From positions 224,001-288,000 of the forward strand of contig CBDANC010000014.1 of assembly GCA_965197425.1 (NCBI GenBank): DNA of 64,000 nt. The letters run 5' to 3'. The notes under the pieces are model-generated. The model was not told where the DNA came from, searched no databases, and saw only the letters and a program-made list of their open reading frames with translations. The stretch is from Bdellovibrionales bacterium (GTDB lineage Bacteria; Bdellovibrionota; Bdellovibrionia; Bdellovibrionales; JAUICD01). Positions within the stretch are counted from its first letter, which is position 1. The number at the start of each line of letters is the position of its first letter. Below are positions 18,257 through 29,396 of this stretch, in pieces. The position numbers and the translations under genes were made by a program.

Positions 18257-20401
18257 TTATTTTGTCAGATTAGCACTTAATCTAGCATATTTATTTTCTA
18301 AGAAGATTAAAATTTCTTTGGACACTTCTTTGTACATACCTTTACTCTCAAAATATCTTTCTATAGCATAGTCCATCGGGGTTTCTCCTTCTTTATCCTC
18401 AAAATAAATATCTGCACCACGTTCTATAAGCCATACTACAGCTTTATAATTTCTACTTGTTACTGCTAGATGAAGAGGGGTTCTGCCCAAAAGATTAGGT
18501 AAGTTGATCTGATCTCTGTCAAGAAGATTTAATATTGAAAGAGTTCTGTTTGTGTTTCCAATTCTTGCAGAAGCCCAGTGCATGATACTTTCACCTTTGT
18601 TTGTTAATTTCTGTTTATCCACTTTAAACCTCAAAAGAGTTTTCACCATACCAACTACACTATGTCCTGCAGCATAATGAAGCGCATTTGCACCCAAATT
18701 ATTTGCTTTATTTAAGTCAGCACCTGCATTAACAAGCATATTAGTTATACTATCGCTATGTGTATTGTATCTTGCAGAAGCGAACCAATGAACAACTGCC
18801 ATACCATATCTATCATCTAAGTTAGGGTCTGCTCCGTTTTCTAATAACACTTTAATTATGGGAATAAATTGGTTATAAGCAGCCCAACGAAGAGGTGTAT
18901 CTCCAGAAGTATTTTTTGTGTTAACATCTGCTCCCATTTCTATCAATGTTTCTACAAAGTTTAATCTGTTATACCTAACAGCCATCTGTAATAAAGTATC
19001 TTCCTTATCATCATATTTAAAATCATCTGCTGAAACTATATTGTTACTGTTGAGTATTTGTTTGAACTTTCTAAAATTGTTACTCATTATTGAATCAAAG
19101 AGTGTCTCTCCTACGGAAGGCCCGTATTTTTCCTTGTTATGATTCTCAATTAGGTCATATATAATCCAGTTACCATTTTCAGAGGCTATTTCAAGTGCTG
19201 TTTTTCCGCTTTGATCTCTAACTCCTATATCAAGATCTTTGTTAGCTAAAAGTGCTCTTGCGGCTTCAATATTTCCTTTTTCTACAGCCAGGTGTAGTAA
19301 GGTGGTTTCAATTCTATCAGCTTTAACAAACACAGAGTTAAGATCGTCTAGTTCTTTTGATTGATTATCCAGCTCCAACCAATCATCCTTGTCCCTACTA
19401 ACTGTTATGTCAGCACCGTTTATAGATAGTGCTCTTATTACTGCGTATTTTTTGTTGTTAAATGCAAGAGAAATAGCCGTGTCTCCTTCTTTGTTTACGG
19501 AATCTATATCAACTCCATAATCCATAAGAATAGCAACAATATTTGGGTTTAGTATTGTGACAGCACCTGATTTACTAGATATAGCAAGTGCATGAAATGG
19601 TGTGTTTCCGTTGGAATCAACTAGTTTTGCATCTATATCATTTTCCAACAAAAGTGTAATCATAGGGAGTATTTTTTTATTCGCTTTAGCTGTCCAATGT
19701 AGTGCTGTGGTTTTGTTACTACTTCCTCTTGAGTTGATAAAAGCTCCTCTGTCAATCAAAGTTTCTGCTGCTTCCATGTTTCCTTGGAAGGCAGCCAGTG
19801 ACAGTGGTGTTTTAAAATGTTCCTGGCCAAGTCGTTTGAAACCAGCAACCTCCTCTATATCAGCTCCAGCGTCTAACAAAATGGTTATAGCTTCAGGATT
19901 AAATTCTTTGTATTTTGATGGCTTAGAGGGAATAGATAAATGAAGAGGAGTTGATCCTTGAACAGTTCTAGCTTTGATGTCAGCATCACTTTCTATGAGT
20001 AATCTTAAAATATCTAGGTTGACAGGAAAAGTATTTACTGCTTCATGAATAGCCTGAAAACCCAATTTATTTTTTAAATGTATGTTTGCTCCCTTGCTTA
20101 TAAGAAACTCTACCATGTCTGTATTTCCAACTCTAACAGCAAGGTGAATAGGTCGATCTAGCATGATTCTATTTGTATCTATAACATTTACATCTGCACC
20201 CATTTTTAATGCATTAATTACTTCGGTTAAGTCATCATTTTTTATAGTTGCAACTAATTTTTCATCTGATTCAGTCATTGACCTTACTTTATAAGTTCTG
20301 TTTTTTGAAAGAGAACTTGCACAGTCATACTCCATCACAACAGAGGCTACAGACACTTCAACAAAAAAAATAAAATAAAGTATAAAAACTTTATGATTCA
20401 T
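18257..20401 (-). CDS. secreted ankyrin-repeat protein (many repeats)
   Basis: Signal peptide; more than 12 TPLH/TALH-type repeats. Confidence 0.92.
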   Translation of the reverse strand: MNHKVFILYFIFFVEVSVASVVMEYDCASSLSKNRTYKVRSMTESDEKLVATIKNDDLTEVINALKMGADVNVIDTNRIMLDRPIHLAVRVGNTDMVEFLISKGANIHLKNKLGFQAIHEAVNTFPVNLDILRLLIESDADIKARTVQGSTPLHLSIPSKPSKYKEFNPEAITILLDAGADIEEVAGFKRLGQEHFKTPLSLAAFQGNMEAAETLIDRGAFINSRGSSNKTTALHWTAKANKKILPMITLLLENDIDAKLVDSNGNTPFHALAISSKSGAVTILNPNIVAILMDYGVDIDSVNKEGDTAISLAFNNKKYAVIRALSINGADITVSRDKDDWLELDNQSKELDDLNSVFVKADRIETTLLHLAVEKGNIEAARALLANKDLDIGVRDQSGKTALEIASENGNWIIYDLIENHNKEKYGPSVGETLFDSIMSNNFRKFKQILNSNNIVSADDFKYDDKEDTLLQMAVRYNRLNFVETLIEMGADVNTKNTSGDTPLRWAAYNQFIPIIKVLLENGADPNLDDRYGMAVVHWFASARYNTHSDSITNMLVNAGADLNKANNLGANALHYAAGHSVVGMVKTLLRFKVDKQKLTNKGESIMHWASARIGNTNRTLSILNLLDRDQINLPNLLGRTPLHLAVTSRNYKAVVWLIERGADIYFEDKEGETPMDYAIERYFESKGMYKEVSKEILIFLENKYARLSANLTK

Positions 20402-20542
20402 AATAGTTTAAGGTTTTTTTCAAATCCCCAAGCTTAATACGCTAAGAGTAAAAGACGCCAACCAAATTGCGTTATACCACAATCATTTAGCTCATCATAA
20501 TTCAGTTAGAACAAAACAGGTAAATAGTATTTTTTTTACCCT

Positions 20543-23080
20543 TTACTGAAGCATGCGTTTAGAATACTGTGCTCTTACACCACTAATCTTGCTGGATCTA
20601 GCTTTGAATAAGTCTGTAACTTTATCCATATTTAAAGCACATACAAGTACATCATCAACATGCTCAACAGATACAAATTCCAAATCTTGTGCAACATCTG
20701 CTGGAATTTCTTTTAAATCTTTTTCATTATCTTTTGGATATATGATCTTTTTTATACCACCTCTATGAGCAGCCAGCACTTTTTGCTTAAGCCCACCGAT
20801 TTCCAATACTCTACCTCTTAAAGTAATCTCACCTGTCATAGAAACATGTTGAGTCACTTTTATTTTTGTAAGCGCTGATACAATACTGGTAACGATAGCC
20901 ACTCCAGCAGAAGGTCCATCTTTAGGTATGGCACCCTCTGGAACATGAACATGAACATCTATCTGTTGATAAAAATCTTTGTCCAAACCAAACAACAAAG
21001 CTCTTGATCTTACGTAGCTCATTGAAGCTGTGCAAGACTCTCTCATTACATCACCCAGCTGACCTGTTATTGTAAGTTTTCCTGTTCCAGGTAACACACT
21101 AGCTTCTATCGATAAAAGGTCACCTCCTGTATCTGTCCATGCCATACCATTTGTAAGGCCTATCTCATTGCTACTTGCTTTTTTGTTGTGTTTAAATTTT
21201 TGTACACCTAATAATTTTTTAACCATCTCTTTTCCAATCACAAATGATTTAGATGAATCCTTTGGTTGTTTACCACTTCTATCTATCATAATTTCTTTTG
21301 CAACCTTACGATATATAGTAGAAATTTGCCTGTCCAAACCCCTAACACCAGCCTCTCTGGTGTAATGTCTTATAATAGTTTTAATTGAATCACTTAAAAA
21401 TTTGATTTTGTATTTGCTCAAACCATTAGACTTAAGCTGTTTAGGGATTAAGTATTTTTTTGCTATATGAAATTTCTCATTTTCTGTATAACCTTCAACA
21501 TGTATTAATTCCATTCTATCCAAAAGAGGTCCTGGTATATGATGAGTAGTGTTTGCAGTGGTCACAAACATAACCTTAGATAAATCATAGTCTAGCTCCA
21601 AATAGTGATCTTGAAAAAAAGCATTCTGCTCTGGATCCAAAACCTCCAACAACGCACTAGAAGGATCGCCCCTAAAATCAGTACTCATCTTATCTATTTC
21701 ATCTAATAAAAATAATGGATTTGAAGTTTCTACCTTCTTAAAAGCTTGAATTATCTTGCCAGGCATAGCTCCTACATAAGTTTTCCTATGCCCTCTGATC
21801 TCAGCCTCATCTCTTACGCCCCCAAGTGACACCCTTACAAAATTCTTGCCCATAGCCTTTGCTATAGACTGTCCAAGACTAGTTTTACCAACCCCAGGAG
21901 GGCCTACCAAACATAGTATAGGGCCTTTTGCACCCACCTTTTTTGAATATTTGGTTTCACTAATTTTATCTTCACCACTTTTACTTTTACCATTTTCATG
22001 GATAGCATTTATATTTTTAGAAATGACATTTTTATTTTTTGTACTATCATTGTCCATACTTTCATTACTGATACATTCTACAGCTAGATGTTCTAAAATA
22101 CGTTCTTTGACTTTTTCCAAACCATAATGGTTTTGGTCTAAAGTTTTATGAGCATATGAAAGATTAGATTTATCTTTGGAATAGTTGTGCCAAGGCAAGG
22201 ATATAACCCAATCAATATAATTTCTAATAACTGCAGACTCAGCACTAACAGGCGGCATTAGCTTTAGCTTTTTGATTTCTTTTTTAACCTTAGTTCTAGC
22301 TTCCTTGCTCATTGGCTTTTTGTCTAACAGTTCTTCTAATTCTAAAATGTCAGAGTTAAAGTCGTCTCGTTCTCCTAACTCTTTTTGGATAGCTTGCATT
22401 TGCTCATTTAGGTAATACTCTTTTTGAGACCGTTCCATCTGTCTCTTAACCCTACTTCTTATCTTTTTTTCCACTTCTAATATCTCAATTTCACTAGTCA
22501 TCATACTAAGTAACTCTTCGAGCCTCAGGCCGGGATCAGAAGTTTCTAGGATTTTTTGTTTGTCCTCGATTTTTAAGTTGAGTTGCGCAGCTATAATATC
22601 AGCAAGCTCGCTTACATTTTCTATAGTAGTAACTCTCATCAACATTTCTGGAGGAATTCTTTTGTTTAACTTTACATAACTTTCAAAAGTATCTTTTACA
22701 GATCTAACCAGAGCTTTAGCCTCTAGAGAATTCTTTGGAGTTTCGTCTATTTTTTCCACACATACGGAAAGGAAAGGTTTTGTTTCAATATATTCCTTTA
22801 TTTTTACTCTACACTTGCCCTCTACTAACACTTTTACAGTTCCATCGGGTAATCTTAAAAGCTGTATGATAGTGCCGACAGTTCCAACAGAGTAAATATC
22901 CTCAGGCCCTGGATTTTTTGTCTTGGCCTCCTTTTGAGCGGCTAACACAATATCAATACGCTTATTCATAGCATCTTCTAGAGCATTGATGCTTTTTTCT
23001 CTACCCACAAATAAGGGCATCATCATGTATGGAAAAACTACTAGGTCTCTTAATGGTAAAAGAGGTGTAACTTCTGACAT
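20543..23080 (-). CDS. lon: ATP-dependent protease La
   Basis: PLLPLRD N-domain, [24 protein letters not shown]. Confidence 0.97.
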   Translation of the reverse strand: MSEVTPLLPLRDLVVFPYMMMPLFVGREKSINALEDAMNKRIDIVLAAQKEAKTKNPGPEDIYSVGTVGTIIQLLRLPDGTVKVLVEGKCRVKIKEYIETKPFLSVCVEKIDETPKNSLEAKALVRSVKDTFESYVKLNKRIPPEMLMRVTTIENVSELADIIAAQLNLKIEDKQKILETSDPGLRLEELLSMMTSEIEILEVEKKIRSRVKRQMERSQKEYYLNEQMQAIQKELGERDDFNSDILELEELLDKKPMSKEARTKVKKEIKKLKLMPPVSAESAVIRNYIDWVISLPWHNYSKDKSNLSYAHKTLDQNHYGLEKVKERILEHLAVECISNESMDNDSTKNKNVISKNINAIHENGKSKSGEDKISETKYSKKVGAKGPILCLVGPPGVGKTSLGQSIAKAMGKNFVRVSLGGVRDEAEIRGHRKTYVGAMPGKIIQAFKKVETSNPLFLLDEIDKMSTDFRGDPSSALLEVLDPEQNAFFQDHYLELDYDLSKVMFVTTANTTHHIPGPLLDRMELIHVEGYTENEKFHIAKKYLIPKQLKSNGLSKYKIKFLSDSIKTIIRHYTREAGVRGLDRQISTIYRKVAKEIMIDRSGKQPKDSSKSFVIGKEMVKKLLGVQKFKHNKKASSNEIGLTNGMAWTDTGGDLLSIEASVLPGTGKLTITGQLGDVMRESCTASMSYVRSRALLFGLDKDFYQQIDVHVHVPEGAIPKDGPSAGVAIVTSIVSALTKIKVTQHVSMTGEITLRGRVLEIGGLKQKVLAAHRGGIKKIIYPKDNEKDLKEIPADVAQDLEFVSVEHVDDVLVCALNMDKVTDLFKARSSKISGVRAQYSKRMLQ

Positions 23081-23112
23081 CAATTTTCCTTAAATAAATT
23101 CTTAAGCATTTT

Positions 23113-24444
23113 CTAAGCGCTCTCTTCTTTAAGCTCTTCTTCCTCTTTTATAGTATCTTCTGCTTTGGTTTTTAATTTGCGAGATACTTTGCTTTTCTTT
23201 TTTGTTTTTTTACTAGAGTCAAAAACAAGTTTTGGTTTAGCATGTTTGTTTACTACATTTTTGTCAATCACAACCTCTTTAACTTCTTCTTTAGAAGGTA
23301 TCTCATACATTATATCCAGCATTGCCTCTTCTATGACACTCCTTAGACCCCTTGCACCAGTTTTTCTTTTTAGAGACTCCTCGGCGATTGCCTTTAAAGC
23401 ATCGTCTGTAAAAGTCAACTCTACATCCTCAAAGCTAAATAACTTTTTATACTGCTTTGTAAGAGCATTTTTCGGACTTACTAAAATACTTATCAATGCT
23501 TTTTCGTCCAAAGCATCTAATACAGCTAACACTGGCAATCTTCCTATGAACTCTGGTATTAAACCAAACTGAGTTAGATCATCTGGCTGAACATCAGACA
23601 ATAATTGATTCATTTTTGAATCGCTTTTGTCAACATCTGCCGCAAGCCCCATAGTTCTACTAGATGTTCTGTTCTTGATTATTTTGTCCAAACCTACAAA
23701 TGTACCCCCGCATATAAATAATATGTTTGAGGTATCAACCTGTATAAAATCTTGCTGCGGATGCTTTCTTCCACCTTTAGGGGGGAGGTTGGCCACAGTA
23801 CCTTCTAAAATTTTTAACAGTGCTTGTTGAACTCCTTCACCACTAACATCTCTTGTTATAGAAGGGTTTTCTGACTTACGACTAATTTTATCTATCTCAT
23901 CTATGTATATAACACCTCTCTGAGCTTTTTCCACATCATAGTTAGCAGATTGAAGCAAAGATAAAATAATGTTCTCTACATCTTCACCAACATAGCCTGC
24001 CTCTGTAAGAGTGGTTGCATCAGCCATAGTAAATGGAACATTTAAAAGCCTTGCGATAGTCTGTGCAAGTAATGTTTTACCACTTCCAGTGGGACCTATC
24101 AAAAGCACATTACTCTTGGTTAACTCCACATCAGTTTTTTTGTTTTGTTTAGCATTATTGATTCTCTTGTAGTGATTGTGAACAGCAACAGATAGTGCTT
24201 TTTTTGCATGATCTTGACTCACCACATAGTCACCTAAAAAAGATTTTATTTCATGGGGTTTTGGAACATTTAAACCAGGGGTAGTTTTACCATCCCCGTC
24301 TTCCATTACTATTTCATTACAAAGCTCTATACATTCATTGCATATATAAACTCCAGGTCCCGCAACAAGCTTACGCACCTCTTTTTGTGCTTTACTACAA
24401 AAGCTACAAGACAAATAACTGTATTTACCTTTTTTATCACTCAC
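23113..24444 (-). CDS. clpX: Clp protease ATP-binding subunit
   Basis: CSFC..C..C zinc domain, [24 protein letters not shown]. Confidence 0.97.
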   Translation of the reverse strand: MSDKKGKYSYLSCSFCSKAQKEVRKLVAGPGVYICNECIELCNEIVMEDGDGKTTPGLNVPKPHEIKSFLGDYVVSQDHAKKALSVAVHNHYKRINNAKQNKKTDVELTKSNVLLIGPTGSGKTLLAQTIARLLNVPFTMADATTLTEAGYVGEDVENIILSLLQSANYDVEKAQRGVIYIDEIDKISRKSENPSITRDVSGEGVQQALLKILEGTVANLPPKGGRKHPQQDFIQVDTSNILFICGGTFVGLDKIIKNRTSSRTMGLAADVDKSDSKMNQLLSDVQPDDLTQFGLIPEFIGRLPVLAVLDALDEKALISILVSPKNALTKQYKKLFSFEDVELTFTDDALKAIAEESLKRKTGARGLRSVIEEAMLDIMYEIPSKEEVKEVVIDKNVVNKHAKPKLVFDSSKKTKKKSKVSRKLKTKAEDTIKEEEELKEESA

Positions 24445-24517
24445 GACTAATCGTTCCTTTCTGCTATCTCTTGTTTTCTATTCACCATCATTAAAAATTA
24501 TAACTGCTTTTTCTAAT

Positions 24518-25120
24518 TTACTTCTTTTTACTTCTGTTTTCTACTACTCTGTCTATAAGGCCAAAGCTCTCTGCTTCTTTAGAGCTAAAGAAAAAGTCTC
24601 GATCCATAGTTTTTTCTAAAACTTTAAATGATTTACTTGTATGCTTTTCATATATACTTGTTAATCTCTTTTTTGTCTCTAAAAGATCTTTTGTGTGTAT
24701 TTCAATATCACTAGCCTGTCCAGACATACCATCCCCTGCTACCAGTGGCTGGTGTATCATTATTTTTGAATTAGGAAGAGCATATCTCTTACCTTTTGTG
24801 CCAGAAGCCAAAAGCAAAGAAGCCATACTAGCTGCAAGCCCTGTACAATAAGTTGCAACATCACAACTTACAAACTGCATAATATCATATATGCCCAGCC
24901 CAGCTGATACACTACCACCTGGAGAATTAACATATAACTGAATATCTTTTTCTGGATTTTCCATTTCCAAAAACAACATCTGAGCTATTACAAGGTTTGC
25001 TATCTCGTCGTGTATAGGGGTACCTATAAAAATAATTCTGTCCTTAAGCAACCTTGAGTAGATATCATAACTTCTCTCTCCCTTAGAAGTCTGCTCAATT
25101 ACAAATGGGATTGTTGGCAT
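24518..25120 (-). CDS. clpP: Clp protease proteolytic subunit
   Basis: [30 protein letters not shown]. Confidence 0.97.
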   Translation of the reverse strand: MPTIPFVIEQTSKGERSYDIYSRLLKDRIIFIGTPIHDEIANLVIAQMLFLEMENPEKDIQLYVNSPGGSVSAGLGIYDIMQFVSCDVATYCTGLAASMASLLLASGTKGKRYALPNSKIMIHQPLVAGDGMSGQASDIEIHTKDLLETKKRLTSIYEKHTSKSFKVLEKTMDRDFFFSSKEAESFGLIDRVVENRSKKK

Positions 25121-25259
25121 AACTCACCTTTATTTAAATGTCTCATTTAGATATATAATACTACGTATGTTCATATTCTATTATCTAAATATTGTATTCA
25201 ACATATTATATTCAGCGTTTGATTATATGCGGTATCTAACGCTAGTTCCAAGTACTTAT

Positions 25260-25286
25260 AATCGGCACTGTAAGAGTGTACCTTAA
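25260..25286 (-). promoter_or_regulatory. sigma-28 (FliA)-like promoter upstream of clpP-clpX-lon
   Basis: Minus strand TTAAG-N15-GCCGATTA. Confidence 0.6.
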
Positions 25287-25564
25287 AGCCATTGTGAGTA
25301 AAAAAACCTATTAATAAAACTTAAAGACCGTTTTGTACTAAACCATAACATACACTGTACCTATGACAATAAGCTAGTGGGCCACAACATCCACTTATAA
25401 GGTGCTAGATTTATAGGTCAGAAATATGTTTGATTTTCCTCCTTTGGCTATGATAGAACTTGGTTTCTGTATGTGTCATCCAAAATTTTTTAGTAAAAAT
25501 TTTAGTAAAAAATAGTTTGTAAAAAACATAAACACCAAACGCAAAAGGTTAAGTGAGGGTCGCC

Positions 25565-27073
25565 ATGAAATGTAATATACCTAAAGTTCATCTGTCTGAA
25601 GCCAACGTAGACGCTAGAGACTTTGAAGTGCTGCTATGTCTAAATGACAATGACCGGGTTGTGGCAAAATGCCAGAACGAAGTTCAAGTATTGCTAGACG
25701 AGGCTGCAAAAAATGAAGCTTTTAGAGCCCTACCAGAGACTACTCTAACTCTCATAGGACATGGTGACAAAGCAAAAAATACATTAGCTGTGGGGCTTGG
25801 CTCAGAAAACAAGCTAACGGAGCTAGAATCTTTTAGAAGAATAGGTGCTATAGCTTATAGAGCACTTTTGCAACAAAAAGCAAAAAGTGTGGTGGTCGAT
25901 TTTTCTTACTTTGATAAAAGTGGTTGGTCTAGAAATATGCATAAGTTTATCAGCAGTTTTTATGAAGGTTTCAGGCTTGCCAGTTATAAATTTGCAGAAT
26001 TCAGAGACTCAGAAGAAAACGAACATTATATAGAAGAATTACATATTGTAATAGATGACAAATACCATGATTCGACTAACCAAGCTATAACCATCTCGGA
26101 AGGAATGTGCCATGGTGTAGAGACTGCTAGATGGTTAGGAGATAATCCAGGAAATAAAATAAACCCAGAAACCCTGAGTAACTTTGTAAAAGAAAAGTTT
26201 AAAAATACAGAGATCAAGGTAGATATATGGGAAAAAGATCGTCTAATAAAAGAAAAAATGGAGCTACTTTTAGGAGTAGGTCAAGGGAGTAGCATTCCTC
26301 CAAGGCTCATAGTAATGCAATACAAAAACTCTGACTCTCAACCTGTGTGCTTTGTTGGGAAAGGCATCACATTTGATTCTGGTGGTATAAGCATAAAGCC
26401 CTCTTTACACATGGAGGAGATGAAATTTGATATGTGTGGAGCCGCTGATGTCATCGGTACTATATGTGCCTTGGAAAGAATAAAGGCCAAGGTGAATGTT
26501 ATATGCATTGTTGCTACAGCAGAAAACTTACCAGGTCCTTCTGCCACAAAACCTGGAGATATCCACAAGGGTAGAAATGGGCTTCATGTTGAAGTACAAA
26601 ACACAGATGCTGAAGGTAGACTTGTGCTGGGTGATGCACTAACTTTGGCAAGTGAAAAGAAACCAAAATTTATAGTTGATGCTGCCACACTAACAGGAGC
26701 TATGGTTATAGCTTTGGGTAAATTTCATGTAGGGTACTTTGCAAGGGATGAAAAACTAGCCGAATCAATACAACAAGCCTTAAAAGACTCTGGAGAAAGC
26801 GCATGGAGATTGCCTTTGAGTGAGTCGCACAGAAAACTTATGAAGGGTGATTACTCCGATCTTAAAAACATAGCCGCTAGCAGAGAGTGTGGTAGCGCTC
26901 AAGGAGCTGCATTTCTGTCTTACTTTGTCCAAGAAGACATCCCTTGGGCACACTTTGACATAGCTGGTACAGCTTGGAATGTCGGCGAGGAGTACCCGTA
27001 CTGCAATAAAAAAGGGGCTTCTGGAATAATGGTCAGAACTTTTTGTAGTTTAGCCATCAATGAACAAGCCTAA
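25565..27073 (+). CDS. pepA: leucyl aminopeptidase (M17)
   Basis: GKGITFDSGG, MKFDMCGAA, NTDAEGRLVL. Confidence 0.95.
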   Translation: MKCNIPKVHLSEANVDARDFEVLLCLNDNDRVVAKCQNEVQVLLDEAAKNEAFRALPETTLTLIGHGDKAKNTLAVGLGSENKLTELESFRRIGAIAYRALLQQKAKSVVVDFSYFDKSGWSRNMHKFISSFYEGFRLASYKFAEFRDSEENEHYIEELHIVIDDKYHDSTNQAITISEGMCHGVETARWLGDNPGNKINPETLSNFVKEKFKNTEIKVDIWEKDRLIKEKMELLLGVGQGSSIPPRLIVMQYKNSDSQPVCFVGKGITFDSGGISIKPSLHMEEMKFDMCGAADVIGTICALERIKAKVNVICIVATAENLPGPSATKPGDIHKGRNGLHVEVQNTDAEGRLVLGDALTLASEKKPKFIVDAATLTGAMVIALGKFHVGYFARDEKLAESIQQALKDSGESAWRLPLSESHRKLMKGDYSDLKNIAASRECGSAQGAAFLSYFVQEDIPWAHFDIAGTAWNVGEEYPYCNKKGASGIMVRTFCSLAINEQA

Positions 27074-27090
27074 AAATAATATAAACTTAA

Positions 27091-27124
27091 AGTTAGAGTT
27101 AGAGTTAGAGTTAGAGTTAGAGTT
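27091..27124. repeat. hexanucleotide microsatellite (AGTTAG) x5.7
   Basis: Perfect tandem copies between convergent genes. Confidence 0.95.
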
Positions 27125-27146
27125 TTTTGTTGTAGGTTGTTTCTTT

Positions 27147-27800
27147 TTATAGACTAAAAGTCCATTTGAAAATGGTTTCTGGCTTAGGGCTTTCTATTTT
27201 TATAACTAAGTCATCTACATCATCAGTTGATGATACAAATACCAGTTCATATGCAATCCATGTGCTGGGCCAAAAATTTCCCAGAAAACTAAACACCATT
27301 TTAGTACCTTGGTAATCTATAACTGTATCGACTACCTCATCAGGTAAAAGAGATTTTATTCTATCTTTTGGTATAACTAAACTTTGAATATAATCTGGAT
27401 CAGTTAGTGCACAATCTGCCTCAACATATAGATTTGGAATTTCGCCTGAAATTGCAACTCCTTCTGCATAAAATTGCATTTGTAGGGAAGAATAAACTTG
27501 GCAAGAATCAATATGATTTTGGTCATCGGATGTTAGTTTAAAAGCAGCAACATTTACGATTATTTCATTTGAGTCTGTTACTTCAACAAAAGACTCTTCA
27601 ACTATTCGCCTGCTAACAGCGTTTTTAAAAGCCTCGCCACTTAGATAGGAATAATCACCATCAAAATCCAAATCTATAGAAGCTATATGCCTGTTCTGAA
27701 CTTCTCCCTTCCCCAAAGACAAATACGAAATACATACAGAAGCTATTAATGCAAAAAAAATTATGCCATGAATTACTTTCATTGTGGACGACACTAGCAT
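27147..27800 (-). CDS. hypothetical membrane-anchored or exported protein
   Basis: 217-aa ORF, N-terminal TM, two Cys in the soluble part. Confidence 0.65.
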   Translation of the reverse strand: MLVSSTMKVIHGIIFFALIASVCISYLSLGKGEVQNRHIASIDLDFDGDYSYLSGEAFKNAVSRRIVEESFVEVTDSNEIIVNVAAFKLTSDDQNHIDSCQVYSSLQMQFYAEGVAISGEIPNLYVEADCALTDPDYIQSLVIPKDRIKSLLPDEVVDTVIDYQGTKMVFSFLGNFWPSTWIAYELVFVSSTDDVDDLVIKIESPKPETIFKWTFSL

Positions 27801-27867
27801 GTGTTATCCCCTTTGGGATAGTAAAATTTGTATGCTACTATAAATTCTGTAATATTTGGATTATTCA

Positions 27868-28284
27868 ATGTCTTATACCTTTGAAAAAATAGAAAATGAT
27901 TTTTTGAAGCTCTCGTGGCAGGACAGGTACAAATACATCATTAGATTAGCAAAAGTACTCCCAGCACTAGACGAAAAATTTAAATCAAAGGATAACTTAG
28001 TAAAAGGGTGTCAATCGCAGGTCTGGCTTACTTGTGAACTAAAAAATCACAAATTACATTTTATGGCAGATAGTGATGCTTTAATAGTAAAAGGACTTAT
28101 TGTAATAGCACTATCTATCTATAACCAAAAAACACCTCCTGAAATACTTAACACTTCAAATACCTTTATAGAAAAATTGGGTCTGAACAAATACCTAACC
28201 CAAACCAGAACAGGCGGACTTGCAGCAATAATCAAACAAATAAAATTCTATGCGCTAGCCTACTCAGCTAAAATACAATTATAA
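27868..28284 (+). CDS. sufE: SufE family sulfur-transfer protein
   Basis: WQDRY, VKGCQSQVW, DSDALIVKG, LTQTRTGGL. Confidence 0.92.
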   Translation: MSYTFEKIENDFLKLSWQDRYKYIIRLAKVLPALDEKFKSKDNLVKGCQSQVWLTCELKNHKLHFMADSDALIVKGLIVIALSIYNQKTPPEILNTSNTFIEKLGLNKYLTQTRTGGLAAIIKQIKFYALAYSAKIQL

Positions 28285-28480
28285 ATTATATATTGGCTTA
28301 CTCTTTACAAATTAATTGAAGTAAGATTGTCCATTTGCGATCTGGAAAAGAATCCAGTTTCTACAACATGTTTTTTAGAAAAATATAGAACTTTGGACAA
28401 AGGAAACCGAAAGAGAATACCTAGAAGGCAAAAGACGAAAGGGAAGAAAAAGAGCAACAGGAAGTAAAGGGAATATAAAA

Positions 28481-29029
28481 CTAGATTTGTAAATTGTTAT
28501 GCTTTTGTTTGGCTATTTGTATATCTTCTAAGAGCTTTTGAAGTTTTTCTGATGCATCACTTTGAGCTTTCAAAATCTTCATCCACTTGTTGAAGTTTTT
28601 TAACTCCAACTTCATACCATTTAATACCTTTTTAGCGCCCTGAATAGAATACCTATCTCTATACAAAAGTTTCTTTATCAAAAACACAATCTCAAAATCC
28701 TTTCTATTATACATTCTCTGATTATTAGAAGCCTTCTTGGGTTTAAGAGAAGAAAACTCTGATTCCCAATACCTTAAAATGTAAGGCTTAATACCAGCTA
28801 AAGAAGCAACCTCACCAATTTTAAATAACATCTTATCAGGTATATTTAGCAAATCTCTTTGCAGTTCATCATCAAAACGCTGTGCAAAGCCAGTATCAAC
28901 TTCCAAACCAACACCAGATTGCTCATAAGCTGGATCATTTAACACCACTTCACTATCTAACGTTACCTCTCCATCAGACACTACCTCTCTATTGGGTATA
29001 GCTTCTCTATCTGGTGTTATTTCTTCCAT
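28481..29029 (-). CDS. MerR family transcriptional regulator
   Basis: FKIGEVA...ILRYWESEF...RMY; typical position after ihfA. Confidence 0.88.
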   Translation of the reverse strand: MEEITPDREAIPNREVVSDGEVTLDSEVVLNDPAYEQSGVGLEVDTGFAQRFDDELQRDLLNIPDKMLFKIGEVASLAGIKPYILRYWESEFSSLKPKKASNNQRMYNRKDFEIVFLIKKLLYRDRYSIQGAKKVLNGMKLELKNFNKWMKILKAQSDASEKLQKLLEDIQIAKQKHNNLQI

Positions 29030-29073
29030 AGAAGACCTCTTTTTATAAAAGCAGCAACTTGCTTAAAAATAAA

Positions 29074-29370
29074 TTATTCATTTAAGTCTGCTTTCAAAAG
29101 CTGACTTGGTTTAAAAGATAAAACTTTTCTAGCACTAATTTTAATGCGTTCTCCAGTTTGAGGGTTTCTACCCATCCTTTCTTTTTTTTGATTTACAGTA
29201 AAATTACCAAAACTAGATAACTTAATGTTGCCATCTTCTTTTAAAGATTTTTTAAGAAGATCAAACACTGTCTCAACCATCTTAGCACTGTCTTTTTTTG
29301 AAAACCCAATCTTAGAATAAATTTTTTCTACCAAACATGCCTTGGTAACTGTACGAACAGAATCAGACAT
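29074..29370 (-). CDS. ihfA: integration host factor subunit alpha
   Basis: KLSSFGNF, GRNPQTGE, FKPSQ; follows pheT. Confidence 0.9.
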   Translation of the reverse strand: MSDSVRTVTKACLVEKIYSKIGFSKKDSAKMVETVFDLLKKSLKEDGNIKLSSFGNFTVNQKKERMGRNPQTGERIKISARKVLSFKPSQLLKADLNE

Positions 29371-29396
29371 AAGCACCTCTTTTAGAATAAGTTAAG

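Noticed and set aside
21929..22076. Mini-intein in Lon
   Set aside because: Begins with Cys but is far too short and lacks the terminal His-Asn and the +1 nucleophile.
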